From a virus (lineage: Duplodnaviria > Heunggongvirae > Uroviricota > Caudoviricetes), in IMG/VR virus record IMGVR_UViG_2529292719_000024: a stretch of 37,654 nucleotides of DNA. One strand, written 5' to 3'. The number at the start of each line of letters is the position of its first letter. Positions within the stretch are counted from its first letter, which is position 1. This document shows positions 27,001 through 35,515 of the stretch, piece by piece. The translations under genes and the position numbers were made by a program. Under the pieces are notes generated by a model, which did no database searches, was not told the DNA's origin, and worked only from the letters and a program-made list of their open reading frames with translations.

Positions 27001-27587
27001 AAAAAGAAGTGTATTATTGCCCAAACAGCTATAACGATGATTCCCAGCCCAAGAGCCGATTCTAACTTATCTTTGGCAGTCATTTTTACTGTTGTAGCGG
27101 GCGCAGGTAAGTCTTGCTGCTGTGGATTTTCTGTTAGTTGTTTACGAGAAGAAACATCGCCCCTATTAGTTTGCTTCATGTTGATTACAGATGCGTTATG
27201 GGCATTATCAGCAGCAATTGACTGAAGTTTTACAAAAGTTTTTGAATCTGTTTTAGCCAGAAGTAACCTATTTCCCGTAAACATTGCCTTAAAAGTGATA
27301 GTTTTTTTCGTCTTGTCCGCCGCACCAAGCAAACCTCCAATGACCAACCCTGCACCACCAAAGATTAATCCACCAAGCAACCCTGCGCCTGCCGCCTTAC
27401 CTATACGGCTTTCCTCTTCACTATCCGCAAGTTCAATCGATAAAAGCTCTTCTTTCAGATTTAATACAATATTTTCAGGAAAGCCTTGTTTTGGTTTTTT
27501 GGCAAACACGATGGTACCGAACCCCATGCTTGCCCACCCTTTAGGAAAACTTCCTGCGATAACCTGAATCCCTGCCATGTTCATCAC
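26997..27587 (-). CDS. glycine-zipper membrane protein, uncharacterised
   Basis: 196 aa; central glycine-zipper segment AAGAGLLGGLIFGGAGLVIGGLLGAA and C-terminal helix LGLGIIVIAVWAIIHFFF; low-GC coding sequence. Confidence 0.6.
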   Translation of the reverse strand: MMNMAGIQVIAGSFPKGWASMGFGTIVFAKKPKQGFPENIVLNLKEELLSIELADSEEESRIGKAAGAGLLGGLIFGGAGLVIGGLLGAADKTKKTITFKAMFTGNRLLLAKTDSKTFVKLQSIAADNAHNASVINMKQTNRGDVSSRKQLTENPQQQDLPAPATTVKMTAKDKLESALGLGIIVIAVWAIIHFFF

Positions 27588-27668
27588 CTTTTACATTAAA
27601 ATTTCAGAACGCAGCATGATGCCGCCTTTGTCTTTTTTCTGATCCCATGGTAATTCAGCTGTTATTTT

Positions 27669-28655
27669 CTATTTAAGAATAAAACGGTATTTACTGTCAG
27701 GAGTGCTTTGCTGATCAAGTAGCAGTGAACGACATGGAGCAGTCAAAACCCGAGCATAACTACCATCAGGGCTTATGTTAATGTAACAAACCTTGCCCTT
27801 AACACTATAATTTTCGGGGACGGATGCCTTTGCTGATACAGTAAATTTAAGGGTATGCCAGCCCGTTTTTTGCTTGTAGCTTGAAACCGAATGGAAATCA
27901 TCTGAGTACTTATTTAACCCTGGAAACATGCTGCGCAGTGCGGGGATGGAATCTTCTATTATTTTATCGTTGGTTTTAATGTTAAAAACGCTGGTTTCAG
28001 TAGAAGCTACTGCTTTGGCATTTCCCCATTTACCAGCGAACACAATCATTCCCACGAAAAATATTGCTACAAGAACTAACACTCCCCCCAACACTACTAC
28101 ATGAGGCTTCCGGCTTCTGGTTGGTACAGTTGCGACTGATTTTGCACCGCTTTCCGATGGAGGTGATAGAGTTTTACTCTCATCACGAATATTCAGCAGA
28201 TCATCAAAATAACCAAACACAGCCTGCAACTGCTCTTTGTCTAGGCCTTTAAGATGGGTTGTACCGAAATGCTTCAGACAGTATCTGTCACGGTCAAGAC
28301 GATACCCAGGGTCAGTAAGCGCCATTATTTTGCTGACCAGAAGATTACAGTCCTTCATATTCTGGATCTGTTGTGCATATCTCTGAAGGATCTCAACCGC
28401 ACCATGATAATCAGCCGCAGTCATTTCATTAACTGTTTTGGTATTAAGTTTCGTGTGGATCGTCATCCATAGCTCGCGCTTACTTTCCCCCAGATCAACC
28501 AATTCATCCATCAATCTGTGTAAATCGCGTTTTTGCAGCAACGAAATTGGTTGCTGGGCCGAAGGAAGTATGTCAGCAGAATAGTTATGAATGGTAACAT
28601 CACCGCTGACAACGTTACCCACATCCCCGTTAACTGTTTGCTTCTCTTTACTCAT
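27669..28655 (-). CDS. single-pass membrane protein with a cytoplasmic N-domain and an extracytoplasmic C-domain, uncharacterised
   Basis: 328 aa; start overlaps the repressor stop (ATGA); one transmembrane helix PHVVVLGGVLVLVAIFFVGMIVFAG; N-terminus MSKEKQTVNGDVGNVVSGDVTIHNY mirrors the repressor C-terminus. Confidence 0.65.
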   Translation of the reverse strand: MSKEKQTVNGDVGNVVSGDVTIHNYSADILPSAQQPISLLQKRDLHRLMDELVDLGESKRELWMTIHTKLNTKTVNEMTAADYHGAVEILQRYAQQIQNMKDCNLLVSKIMALTDPGYRLDRDRYCLKHFGTTHLKGLDKEQLQAVFGYFDDLLNIRDESKTLSPPSESGAKSVATVPTRSRKPHVVVLGGVLVLVAIFFVGMIVFAGKWGNAKAVASTETSVFNIKTNDKIIEDSIPALRSMFPGLNKYSDDFHSVSSYKQKTGWHTLKFTVSAKASVPENYSVKGKVCYINISPDGSYARVLTAPCRSLLLDQQSTPDSKYRFILK

Positions 28656-29113
28656 CTTCTCTTGGTATTTTTGTTCATTATTCCACCTGTTCCTATGGTT
28701 ACGTTACCTTTGATAACATTCCCCAGAACATCTCCATGAATAACCTGTTCCGCCCGTTCTCTGGAGGAGCCAGTAGTCAAGGCCGACAAAACTGAACCTT
28801 TGACCTGTAATGGTGCCTGCCGGTAGTGCTGCAGTAACTCCATTTCATCACGTGATAAAGTTATACCTGATGACTCCCCGGTAAGAATGAACTGTACATT
28901 GGCCCCAATTCTTGCAAAGGCTGCAAGTAACTCACCTCCGGGAACAGCAACCCCTCGTTCATATTTCCCCCACATTTCTCTTGAAACGCCACAAAGGGCT
29001 GCTACTTCAGCCTGCTTGAGTGATAACCGCGAACGCTCAGCTTTGAACCGCGACGCGCAAAGAGAATCAAAATTCACATAAACCTCATTGACAATGAGAA
29101 CAATAGTTCTCAT
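28652..29113 (-). CDS. prophage repressor, XRE-type HTH without a LexA-like peptidase domain
   Basis: 153 aa; HTH LKQAEVAALCGVSREMWGKYERG; divergent from the early operon across a 50-bp gap; C-terminus ends HGDVLGNVIKGNVTIGTGG. Confidence 0.8.
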   Translation of the reverse strand: MRTIVLIVNEVYVNFDSLCASRFKAERSRLSLKQAEVAALCGVSREMWGKYERGVAVPGGELLAAFARIGANVQFILTGESSGITLSRDEMELLQHYRQAPLQVKGSVLSALTTGSSRERAEQVIHGDVLGNVIKGNVTIGTGGIMNKNTKRR

Positions 29114-29123
29114 AATCTATCAC
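29088..29123 (+). promoter_or_regulatory. candidate sigma-70 early promoter overlapping the repressor start codon
   Basis: TTGACA (29088-29093), 17-bp spacer, CATAAT (29111-29116) on the plus strand, ~45 bp upstream of the first early gene. Confidence 0.45.
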
Positions 29124-29163
29124 ATATAAAACAAACATCATTGCATCAACAAAGGAGACAACA

Positions 29164-29352
29164 ATGACTTCCGAACAAGTTAAAAATCTCTTCCGTCAGC
29201 GTGGTATCACGTTTCCCCGCTGGGCCGAAGAACACGGCTACAGCCGCAATGAGGTCTATCGTGTTCTCAATGGACAGACCAAAGCTCGTTACGGCAAAGC
29301 CCATGAAATTGCCGTAAAACTGGGATTAAAACCCACGTCAAATGCGGCATAA
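29164..29352 (+). CDS. small DNA-binding regulator (Ner/Cro-like)
   Basis: 62 aa, first gene of the early operon, divergent from the repressor; HTH-like segment HGYSRNEVYRVLNGQTKARYG; AAAGGAG ribosome-binding site. Confidence 0.6.
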   Translation: MTSEQVKNLFRQRGITFPRWAEEHGYSRNEVYRVLNGQTKARYGKAHEIAVKLGLKPTSNAA

Positions 29353-29404
29353 ATTTTCCACATATGCAACAGGTTATCACATATTGCAAAAATGGAAATG
29401 TGAC

Positions 29405-29713
29405 ATGAGTAAAGTAAATATTTCCAGTTCTGGGACCCGCATCCTACGTGTACTCAAAGCTCTACGCGGTCATGCTCTGAACGGTGTTTCTAACGGTGAA
29501 CTGGCATCAGCCCTGGGGGAGTCCCCGGCGAATATCAATCGAGCACTTAATACCCTTATTGAAGAGGGACTGGCCATGAAATTAGAGAACGGACGTTTCG
29601 CACCGGGAATCCAGTTACTACAGATCGCCATGGCTCACAGTCACGAGATGGCGCGTGCACAGGATCGTATTAACGAAATCAACCAACGAGTTATTTCAGG
29701 TAGTCGTTTGTAA
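29405..29713 (+). CDS. winged-helix DNA-binding protein, hypothetical
   Basis: Start refined to MSKVNISS; helix-turn-helix-like LNGVSNGELASALGESPANINRALNTLIEEGLA. Confidence 0.45.
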   Translation: MSKVNISSSGTRILRVLKALRGHALNGVSNGELASALGESPANINRALNTLIEEGLAMKLENGRFAPGIQLLQIAMAHSHEMARAQDRINEINQRVISGSRL

Positions 29714-29723
29714 GGAGTAATCA

Positions 29724-30638
29724 ATGGGACGCACCAAATCACCCGTTAACACTGAACTGAATGTTGAGGTTCCGCTGTCAGATAACATCAATGTCAATTT
29801 GAACGCTATGACACAGCATCGCATGGAAATTATGCAGCAGTTTGGTGATGGACTGCCTTATGAACGTGATCGCATTGTTCACGAAGCACGTTTTTATATG
29901 GCGCAGAGTGCTGAATCTATGCTGGAAGCGGGTAAGCGGCTGATCATCTTAAAAGAAAATGAGCCACACGGTGATTTTACAAACATTTTAGAAAATGAAC
30001 TCGGACTTGCACCACAAGTTGCTCGCCGCATGATGCAAGCCAGTATGAAGTTTTTGGGAGAAGGTGATGAGCCAACAAAACGCTCAACGTTGAGCGTTTT
30101 GGGGAAAGCCAAACTGTACGACCTGATGGTTCTGGATAATGAAGAACTTGATGAATTGGCCGACGGCGGCACAGTTGCCGGCCTGACGCTTGACGACGTT
30201 GATCGCATGTCAGTACGTGAATTGCGTCAGGCCCTGCGCGAAGCGCGCGAAACCAACGCAGCACAACAGCGCGTACTCGCTGACAAAAATGAAAAAATAG
30301 ACTCACTCTCCACCAGACTGGAGAAGAAATCCCGTATTCAGCCGCCTGAGCCTGATGAAGAGGTTAAGAAGCTGCGGGCGGAAGTGACAGCATTAGCGGT
30401 TGAGGCGGAATCTGCTATCGCCGTTCGACTGTCCAGCGCTTTTGAGACGCTGTGCGCATATTGTGCTGAAAACATGATTGATACCCCCAGAGACTTCATG
30501 GCAGGCCTGGTCTGTCAACTGGAAAGCACAGCGCGTAGCCTGCGCTCCACATTTGACCTGCCGGATGAGCCAACAGGCAATGCCGCGCCTTCATGGCTGA
30601 CTGAGCCGACGCCACAGATTAACGGGCTGGAGGCATAA
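29724..30638 (+). CDS. hypothetical coiled-coil protein upstream of the transposase
   Basis: 304 aa, acidic and helical; no motif recognised. Confidence 0.55.
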   Translation: MGRTKSPVNTELNVEVPLSDNINVNLNAMTQHRMEIMQQFGDGLPYERDRIVHEARFYMAQSAESMLEAGKRLIILKENEPHGDFTNILENELGLAPQVARRMMQASMKFLGEGDEPTKRSTLSVLGKAKLYDLMVLDNEELDELADGGTVAGLTLDDVDRMSVRELRQALREARETNAAQQRVLADKNEKIDSLSTRLEKKSRIQPPEPDEEVKKLRAEVTALAVEAESAIAVRLSSAFETLCAYCAENMIDTPRDFMAGLVCQLESTARSLRSTFDLPDEPTGNAAPSWLTEPTPQINGLEA

Positions 30639-30641
30639 CCA

Positions 30642-32411
30642 ATGAATGCTGCCCTGACTGAACGACTGGTTTATGTCGCCCGCGCGGCACGTGACGCGGG
30701 GCATGGTAAACGCGGTGCAATATACGACGCTGCCTGTGCTGAACTTGGCATGTCCCGCGCCACTCTGCTGCGCAGGCTGAAGGAGGTCTCTGTGACTGAT
30801 AAACGCAAAAAACGCGCTGATGCCGGACGCAGCGCCCTGACCCGCGACGAAGCCGCGCTGATATCTGCCACACTGCGTGAGGCCACCCGCAAGAACGGTA
30901 AACGCCTCTATTCCATCGCAGATGCAGTGGAAACCCTGCGGGCTAACGGCTTTATCACCGCAGGCAGAACAGATGAAACCACCGGTGAGTTTTTCCCGTT
31001 GTCTGAAGATGCCATCAGCCGTGCTCTGCGTAACTATGGCCTGCACCCGGAACAACTGGATGCTCCTGCACCGCATACCGAAGTGGCCAGTCTGCACCCC
31101 AATCATGTCTGGCAGATTGACGCCTCACTCTGCACGCTTTACTACCTGAGCAATGGACATAAAGGGCTGCAGGTGATGGACAGCGCGAAGTTCTACAAGA
31201 ACAAGCCCGCTAACCTTGCCCGTATCGCCAGTGACCGCGTGTGGAGTTACGAGATTACCGACCATGCCAGCGGCTGGATTTACGTTGAGTATGTGACGGG
31301 CGCGGAATCAGGTGAGAACCTGTGTTCTGTGCTTATCAACGCCATGCAGGAGCGTGGCGGCGCAGACGTGCTGCACGGCGTGCCAAAAATACTCTATCTC
31401 GACCCCGGCTCGGCAAACACCGCGGGTATGACGAAAAACATGTGCCGCTCACTGGGCATCGACCTGATAGCGCACAAGCCGCATAACGCCCGCGCCACCG
31501 GACAGGTGGAAAAGGCGCGGGACATTATCGAACGCAAGCTGGAGCCGGGTCTGAAGTTCCGGCCGGTTCACAGTCTGGAAGAACTCAATGCGCTGGCCGC
31601 GAAATGGCGCAGCCACTTTAACGCCACGGCTGTTCACAGCCGCCACGGTAAAACCCGCACGGATATCTGGCTGAAGATTACTGCTGAGCAGCTGAAAAAA
31701 GCGCCTTCCGTTGAGGTATGTCGTGAACTGGCTGTGGCGGCACCAGAACTCCGCAAAGTCACGCCAAAACTTCGTGTCTCGTTCCGGGGCACTGAATTTG
31801 ACGTATCAACGGTACCGGGCGTACTGGTCGGTGAAAAACTGATGATTACCCGTAACCCGTGGCGCAGCGATGTGGCACAGGTGGTTCTGACCGGTGAGGA
31901 CGGCCACGAGACGTTCTTCCTGGTCGAAGAAGTCAGAAAGAACGAGTTTGGCTTTGCTGAAGGCGCGGCGGTATTTGGCGAAAGTTACAAAGCCCTGCCG
32001 GAAACCCCGGCGCAGATGGCGGCAAAAGAAACCGAAGCGCTGGTCACCGGTACAGACAACGCCGCAGATGCAGCTGCCGCACGCAAGGCGAAGGCGCTGC
32101 CGTTCGGCGGGCGGCTTGACCCATATAAACATATTGATGACGCCACACTTCCGGCCTATATGCCGAAGCGAGGTCAGGCCTCTGACGTACGCGGGCCGCG
32201 CACTGAACAACGTCCCATGACTCATGTGGAGGCCGCGAAAGCCCTGCGCGATAAGTTCAGCGCCGACGGCCTTACCTGGACGCCGGAACATTACCGCCAG
32301 TTAACGGCACAGTATCCGGACGGCGTACCGGAAGCCGCACTGGATGAAGTCATGGCCACGCTGACCACGCCGGCCCGCAGCAGCGTTATCAGCATTGTTA
32401 ACGGCAACTGA
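30642..32411 (+). CDS. Mu-type DDE transposase (A protein)
   Basis: 589 aa; RNase-H-like core with candidate catalytic acidic residues (HVWQIDASLCTLYY, LYLDPGSANTAGM); followed by a B-like ATPase as in transposable phages. Confidence 0.8.
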   Translation: MNAALTERLVYVARAARDAGHGKRGAIYDAACAELGMSRATLLRRLKEVSVTDKRKKRADAGRSALTRDEAALISATLREATRKNGKRLYSIADAVETLRANGFITAGRTDETTGEFFPLSEDAISRALRNYGLHPEQLDAPAPHTEVASLHPNHVWQIDASLCTLYYLSNGHKGLQVMDSAKFYKNKPANLARIASDRVWSYEITDHASGWIYVEYVTGAESGENLCSVLINAMQERGGADVLHGVPKILYLDPGSANTAGMTKNMCRSLGIDLIAHKPHNARATGQVEKARDIIERKLEPGLKFRPVHSLEELNALAAKWRSHFNATAVHSRHGKTRTDIWLKITAEQLKKAPSVEVCRELAVAAPELRKVTPKLRVSFRGTEFDVSTVPGVLVGEKLMITRNPWRSDVAQVVLTGEDGHETFFLVEEVRKNEFGFAEGAAVFGESYKALPETPAQMAAKETEALVTGTDNAADAAAARKAKALPFGGRLDPYKHIDDATLPAYMPKRGQASDVRGPRTEQRPMTHVEAAKALRDKFSADGLTWTPEHYRQLTAQYPDGVPEAALDEVMATLTTPARSSVISIVNGN

Positions 32412-32421
32412 GGAGGGATAC

Positions 32422-33588
32422 ATGCTGGTACTGAAGCAGCAACTGAAAGAGGCCCGTATTCCACAGGCGGTGGTGGCGAGAGCTGTCGATGTTTCTGAGG
32501 CCACGCTGGCCCAGATTGTGAATCATAACGCGTGGCCCCGCACCAGCCCCGGAGAAGTGCGCCGGCGTCTTGCGTCCTGGCTGGAAAGTCAGGGGATTGA
32601 TACAACGAAGAGTTTTGATGCTGTACAGGGCGCGGCCACGCCCCGTACAGCGGGTACCACAGATAAAACGAGCCTCAGTGAGGAAGAGAATATGTTACTC
32701 AAAAAACAGGTGTTATTTCCAGCAACCAAAAAAGCGTTTGGTCTTTTCCGTGACCCGTTCGCCGACGAAGCCATGCAGGGTTCTGATGATGTGTTCACCA
32801 CTCCGGACATTCGCTACGTGCGTGAGGCGCTGTACCAGACAGCCCGTCATGGTGGGTTTATGGCCGTCATCGGTGAGTCCGGTGCGGGTAAATCCACGCT
32901 GCGCCGTGACCTGACTGAACGTATCAACCGCGAGAATGCGCCGGTGATTGTTATCGAGCCATACATCATCGCTATGGAAGACAACGATGTGAAAGGGAAA
33001 ACCCTGAAGGCAGCAGCGATTGCCGAAGCCATTATCAGTACCATCGCACCACTGGAAAGCATCAGACGCAGTCAGGACGCCCGCTTTCGCCAGCTGCATC
33101 GCGTCCTGAAAGACAGCAGCCAGGCGGGGTTCAGCCACGTTCTGGTGATTGAGGAGGCCCACAGTCTGCCCATTCCGACACTGAAACACCTCAAACGCTT
33201 TTTTGAGCTGGAGTCCGGTTTCAAAAAACTGCTGTCCATCGTACTGATTGGCCAGCCGGAACTGGCGACAAAACTGTCTGAACGCAATATGGAAGTCCGT
33301 GAAGTCGTTCAGCGCTGTGAGGTGGTCGAACTTCTGCCTCTGGACAATAACCTTGAAGAGTTTCTGACGTTCAAACTGCAACGGGCCGGTAAACAACTGA
33401 CGGACATTATGGACGCCAGCGCAGTGGATGCCATACGTGCCCGCCTGAGCAATCCGGGAAGTCATCGTAAAAATATGGTCAGCCTGCTGTATCCGCTGGC
33501 CGTCAGTAACCTGGTAATAGCCGCCATGAATCTGGCCGCTGAAATCGGGGTTCCACAGGTCAACGCTGACGTTGTCAAAGGGGTTTAA
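32422..33588 (+). CDS. AAA+ ATPase transposition protein (MuB-like target DNA activator)
   Basis: Start refined to MLVLKQQ (AGGAGGG 5 nt upstream); N-terminal HTH region, Walker A GESGAGKST, Walker B-like VLVIEEAH. Confidence 0.8.
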   Translation: MLVLKQQLKEARIPQAVVARAVDVSEATLAQIVNHNAWPRTSPGEVRRRLASWLESQGIDTTKSFDAVQGAATPRTAGTTDKTSLSEEENMLLKKQVLFPATKKAFGLFRDPFADEAMQGSDDVFTTPDIRYVREALYQTARHGGFMAVIGESGAGKSTLRRDLTERINRENAPVIVIEPYIIAMEDNDVKGKTLKAAAIAEAIISTIAPLESIRRSQDARFRQLHRVLKDSSQAGFSHVLVIEEAHSLPIPTLKHLKRFFELESGFKKLLSIVLIGQPELATKLSERNMEVREVVQRCEVVELLPLDNNLEEFLTFKLQRAGKQLTDIMDASAVDAIRARLSNPGSHRKNMVSLLYPLAVSNLVIAAMNLAAEIGVPQVNADVVKGV

Positions 33589-33590
33589 TA

Positions 33591-33860
33591 ATGAAATCCA
33601 CCACAGGTATCAACCAGCAAATCAGCAAAGTGCAGTCAGCCATTATGGCGCTTAAGGCGACGAACACGGATGTACAAAGCATCACCATCAGGGGTAACAA
33701 ACCTGTCATCCGCGTTTCCCGGAGTGCGCATTGCATGCGCATGCTTGAGCAGGGAAAGGCCTGTTATCTGTATACCGGACATGACCACAGGGGATATTTC
33801 CGTCAGGGCGTTTTCGAACTGCACGGCTGTCGCGTCGTGTGGCCGGAATCTTTGTGGTAA
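33591..33860 (+). CDS. hypothetical small protein (Mu kil-position)
   Basis: 89 aa immediately after the B-like gene; function assigned by position only. Confidence 0.4.
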   Translation: MKSTTGINQQISKVQSAIMALKATNTDVQSITIRGNKPVIRVSRSAHCMRMLEQGKACYLYTGHDHRGYFRQGVFELHGCRVVWPESLW

Positions 33861-33887
33861 TCAGCACAACTGGAGAAATCATAAAAA

Positions 33888-34418
33888 ATGGCAAAAAGTA
33901 CAAAAGGTGCAAAACGTATCAAGGCCGCAGCAGCACTCTGGGTGCCGGGGACACGTGAAGAGGTCATTGAGGGAATCAGACTACTCGGTGACGCACAACG
34001 TGAACTGGTCAGGGCTGAAACAGAAATGAATGACGCCATTGGCGATATCACCGCACGTTATGCCCCGCTCACCGAGAGCCTGAAAAAACGCATGGCCGAA
34101 CTGCAGTCCGGTATTCAGACATGGTGTGAGGCACACCGTGATGAACTGACCGGCAACGGGAAGGTGAAGTTCGCTAACCTCACCACCGGCGAGGTGCAGT
34201 GGCGAAACCGTCCGCCATCAGTCAGTATCCGTGGGGCGGATAATGTTATTGAATTACTGAGACGTCTGGGGCTTGAGCGCTTTATTCGTGTAAAAGAGGA
34301 AATAAATAAAGACGCTATCCTGAATGAAAAAGAGGCCGTGAAAAATATTCCCGGTATTTCCATTAAAAGCGACATTGAGGATTTTTCAATAATTCCTTTT
34401 GAGCAGGATGTGCAGTAA
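33888..34418 (+). CDS. gam: host-nuclease inhibitor protein Gam (Mu Gam / Ku-like)
   Basis: 176 aa; motifs PPSVSIRGADNVIELLRRLGLERFIR and C-terminal EDFSIIPFEQ closely match recalled Mu Gam. Confidence 0.85.
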   Translation: MAKSTKGAKRIKAAAALWVPGTREEVIEGIRLLGDAQRELVRAETEMNDAIGDITARYAPLTESLKKRMAELQSGIQTWCEAHRDELTGNGKVKFANLTTGEVQWRNRPPSVSIRGADNVIELLRRLGLERFIRVKEEINKDAILNEKEAVKNIPGISIKSDIEDFSIIPFEQDVQ

Positions 34419-34452
34419 ACACACCACGTTAATTATTTAATAAAAACATTTT

Positions 34453-34485
34453 CTTTTTTATTCCGGCGTCAGCGCCGCGGGCTTC
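34453..34485 (+). other. stable GC-rich hairpin inside the early operon
   Basis: CCGGCGT(C)CAG...CTG(C)ACGCCGG: 7+3 bp stem with a 12-nt loop, preceded by an AT-rich tract, in the 97-bp gap after gam. Confidence 0.4.
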
Positions 34486-34515
34486 TGCACGCCGGAAACA
34501 GAGGAGAATTAAATC

Positions 34516-34710
34516 ATGATATTTAAATGTATTCAGTGCGAGAGGGATATAACAGCCCTGCGTTTTCACAGCGCCATCGCCGTGATGTCCGGTAAATACC
34601 ACATCCCTGCGGTACGCGTCACCCTGGTCTGCCCGTACTGCAGCCAGCATTTTTCGGCAGACGTGCCCGTCATGGAATTCTCCCGCCCTGACAGGGAGGA
34701 CTCGCAATGA
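34516..34710 (+). CDS. small zinc-ribbon protein (two CxxC pairs)
   Basis: 64 aa with CIQCER...CPYCSQ; GAGGAG ribosome-binding site upstream. Confidence 0.5.
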   Translation: MIFKCIQCERDITALRFHSAIAVMSGKYHIPAVRVTLVCPYCSQHFSADVPVMEFSRPDREDSQ

Positions 34711-34979
34711 TTACCCCACAGGAAGCACGACAGCGCACCCGAACCCTTGTTGAACACTATGTCAACGAGTGTGAATGCCGCGACCTCACCGATGTGAAGC
34801 ACGTCCTGACGGCGCTAATCAGCATGACCGCTCAGGCCATTGTGGCGACCAACGGAAAGGCGGCTGCCCTGCAGGTACTGGTGAACACACTCACCCACAC
34901 GGCAGAGCATGAGGTGCCGTACCGGATGGAAACCACTGCAGAAGGCGGCCTGCACATCACCGTCAGCCGGAAGCACTGA
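34707..34979 (+). CDS. hypothetical protein
   Basis: 90-aa ORF, start overlaps the preceding stop. Confidence 0.45.
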   Translation: MITPQEARQRTRTLVEHYVNECECRDLTDVKHVLTALISMTAQAIVATNGKAAALQVLVNTLTHTAEHEVPYRMETTAEGGLHITVSRKH

Positions 34980-34988
34980 GGGCGCGGC

Positions 34989-35285
34989 ATGACACGGAAC
35001 ACCATACTCACCCGCACCGCCCTCTACCGTCTGGCCCTGCAGCGTTTCGGGCCGGACGCACAGGCCCTGAAACTGACAGAAGAGGCCGCTGAACTGGCGG
35101 CCAGTGCTGCCCGCAATCTGAACGGACAGGGCAGCGAAAGTGACCTCGCGGCAGAGCTGGCAGACGTGGAAATCATGACAGAGCAATTGCGCCTTCAGGG
35201 GATGGACCGGCTGATTGACTTCCACAAACAGAAAAAACTGGAACGTCTGGCTGCACGACTGGGCGTGATTTACACGAACGAGTAA
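34989..35285 (+). CDS. possible MazG-like nucleotide pyrophosphohydrolase
   Basis: 98 aa; EExxE (LTEEAAELAA) and E-x-x-D (AAELADVEIM) motifs at the spacing seen in small MazG-type proteins; tentative. Confidence 0.35.
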   Translation: MTRNTILTRTALYRLALQRFGPDAQALKLTEEAAELAASAARNLNGQGSESDLAAELADVEIMTEQLRLQGMDRLIDFHKQKKLERLAARLGVIYTNE

Positions 35286-35299
35286 CCGGGAGGCATTCA

Positions 35300-35515
35300 A
35301 TGGCTGACATACTCAGGGAAATCACCGCATGGACACTGATTCTTACTGGCCTGGCGACATGCCTCAGTGCGGGGGCAGCCCTGGCTGCCCTGCTGATGCA
35401 CATAACAACACAGTGGTTATGGGAAAAGCTTAAAGCAGCATACAGCCTGAAAGAGCTGTCCGACGCTGTCCGGGCATGGAAACGGCAGAAAAATACCGGA
35501 GATACAGAACAATGA
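35300..35515 (+). CDS. small membrane protein
   Basis: 71 aa with one hydrophobic helix WTLILTGLATCLSAGAALAALLM. Confidence 0.4.
   Translation: MADILREITAWTLILTGLATCLSAGAALAALLMHITTQWLWEKLKAAYSLKELSDAVRAWKRQKNTGDTEQ

Noticed and set aside
27588-27668. Possible terminator between the two membrane-protein genes
   Set aside because: No convincing stem-loop with a U-tract could be drawn by eye; the gap more likely carries a ribosome-binding site for the downstream gene.
32713-33465. 250-aa minus-strand ORF antisense to the B-like ATPase gene
   Set aside because: Overlaps the Walker-motif-containing sense gene entirely; no independent support.
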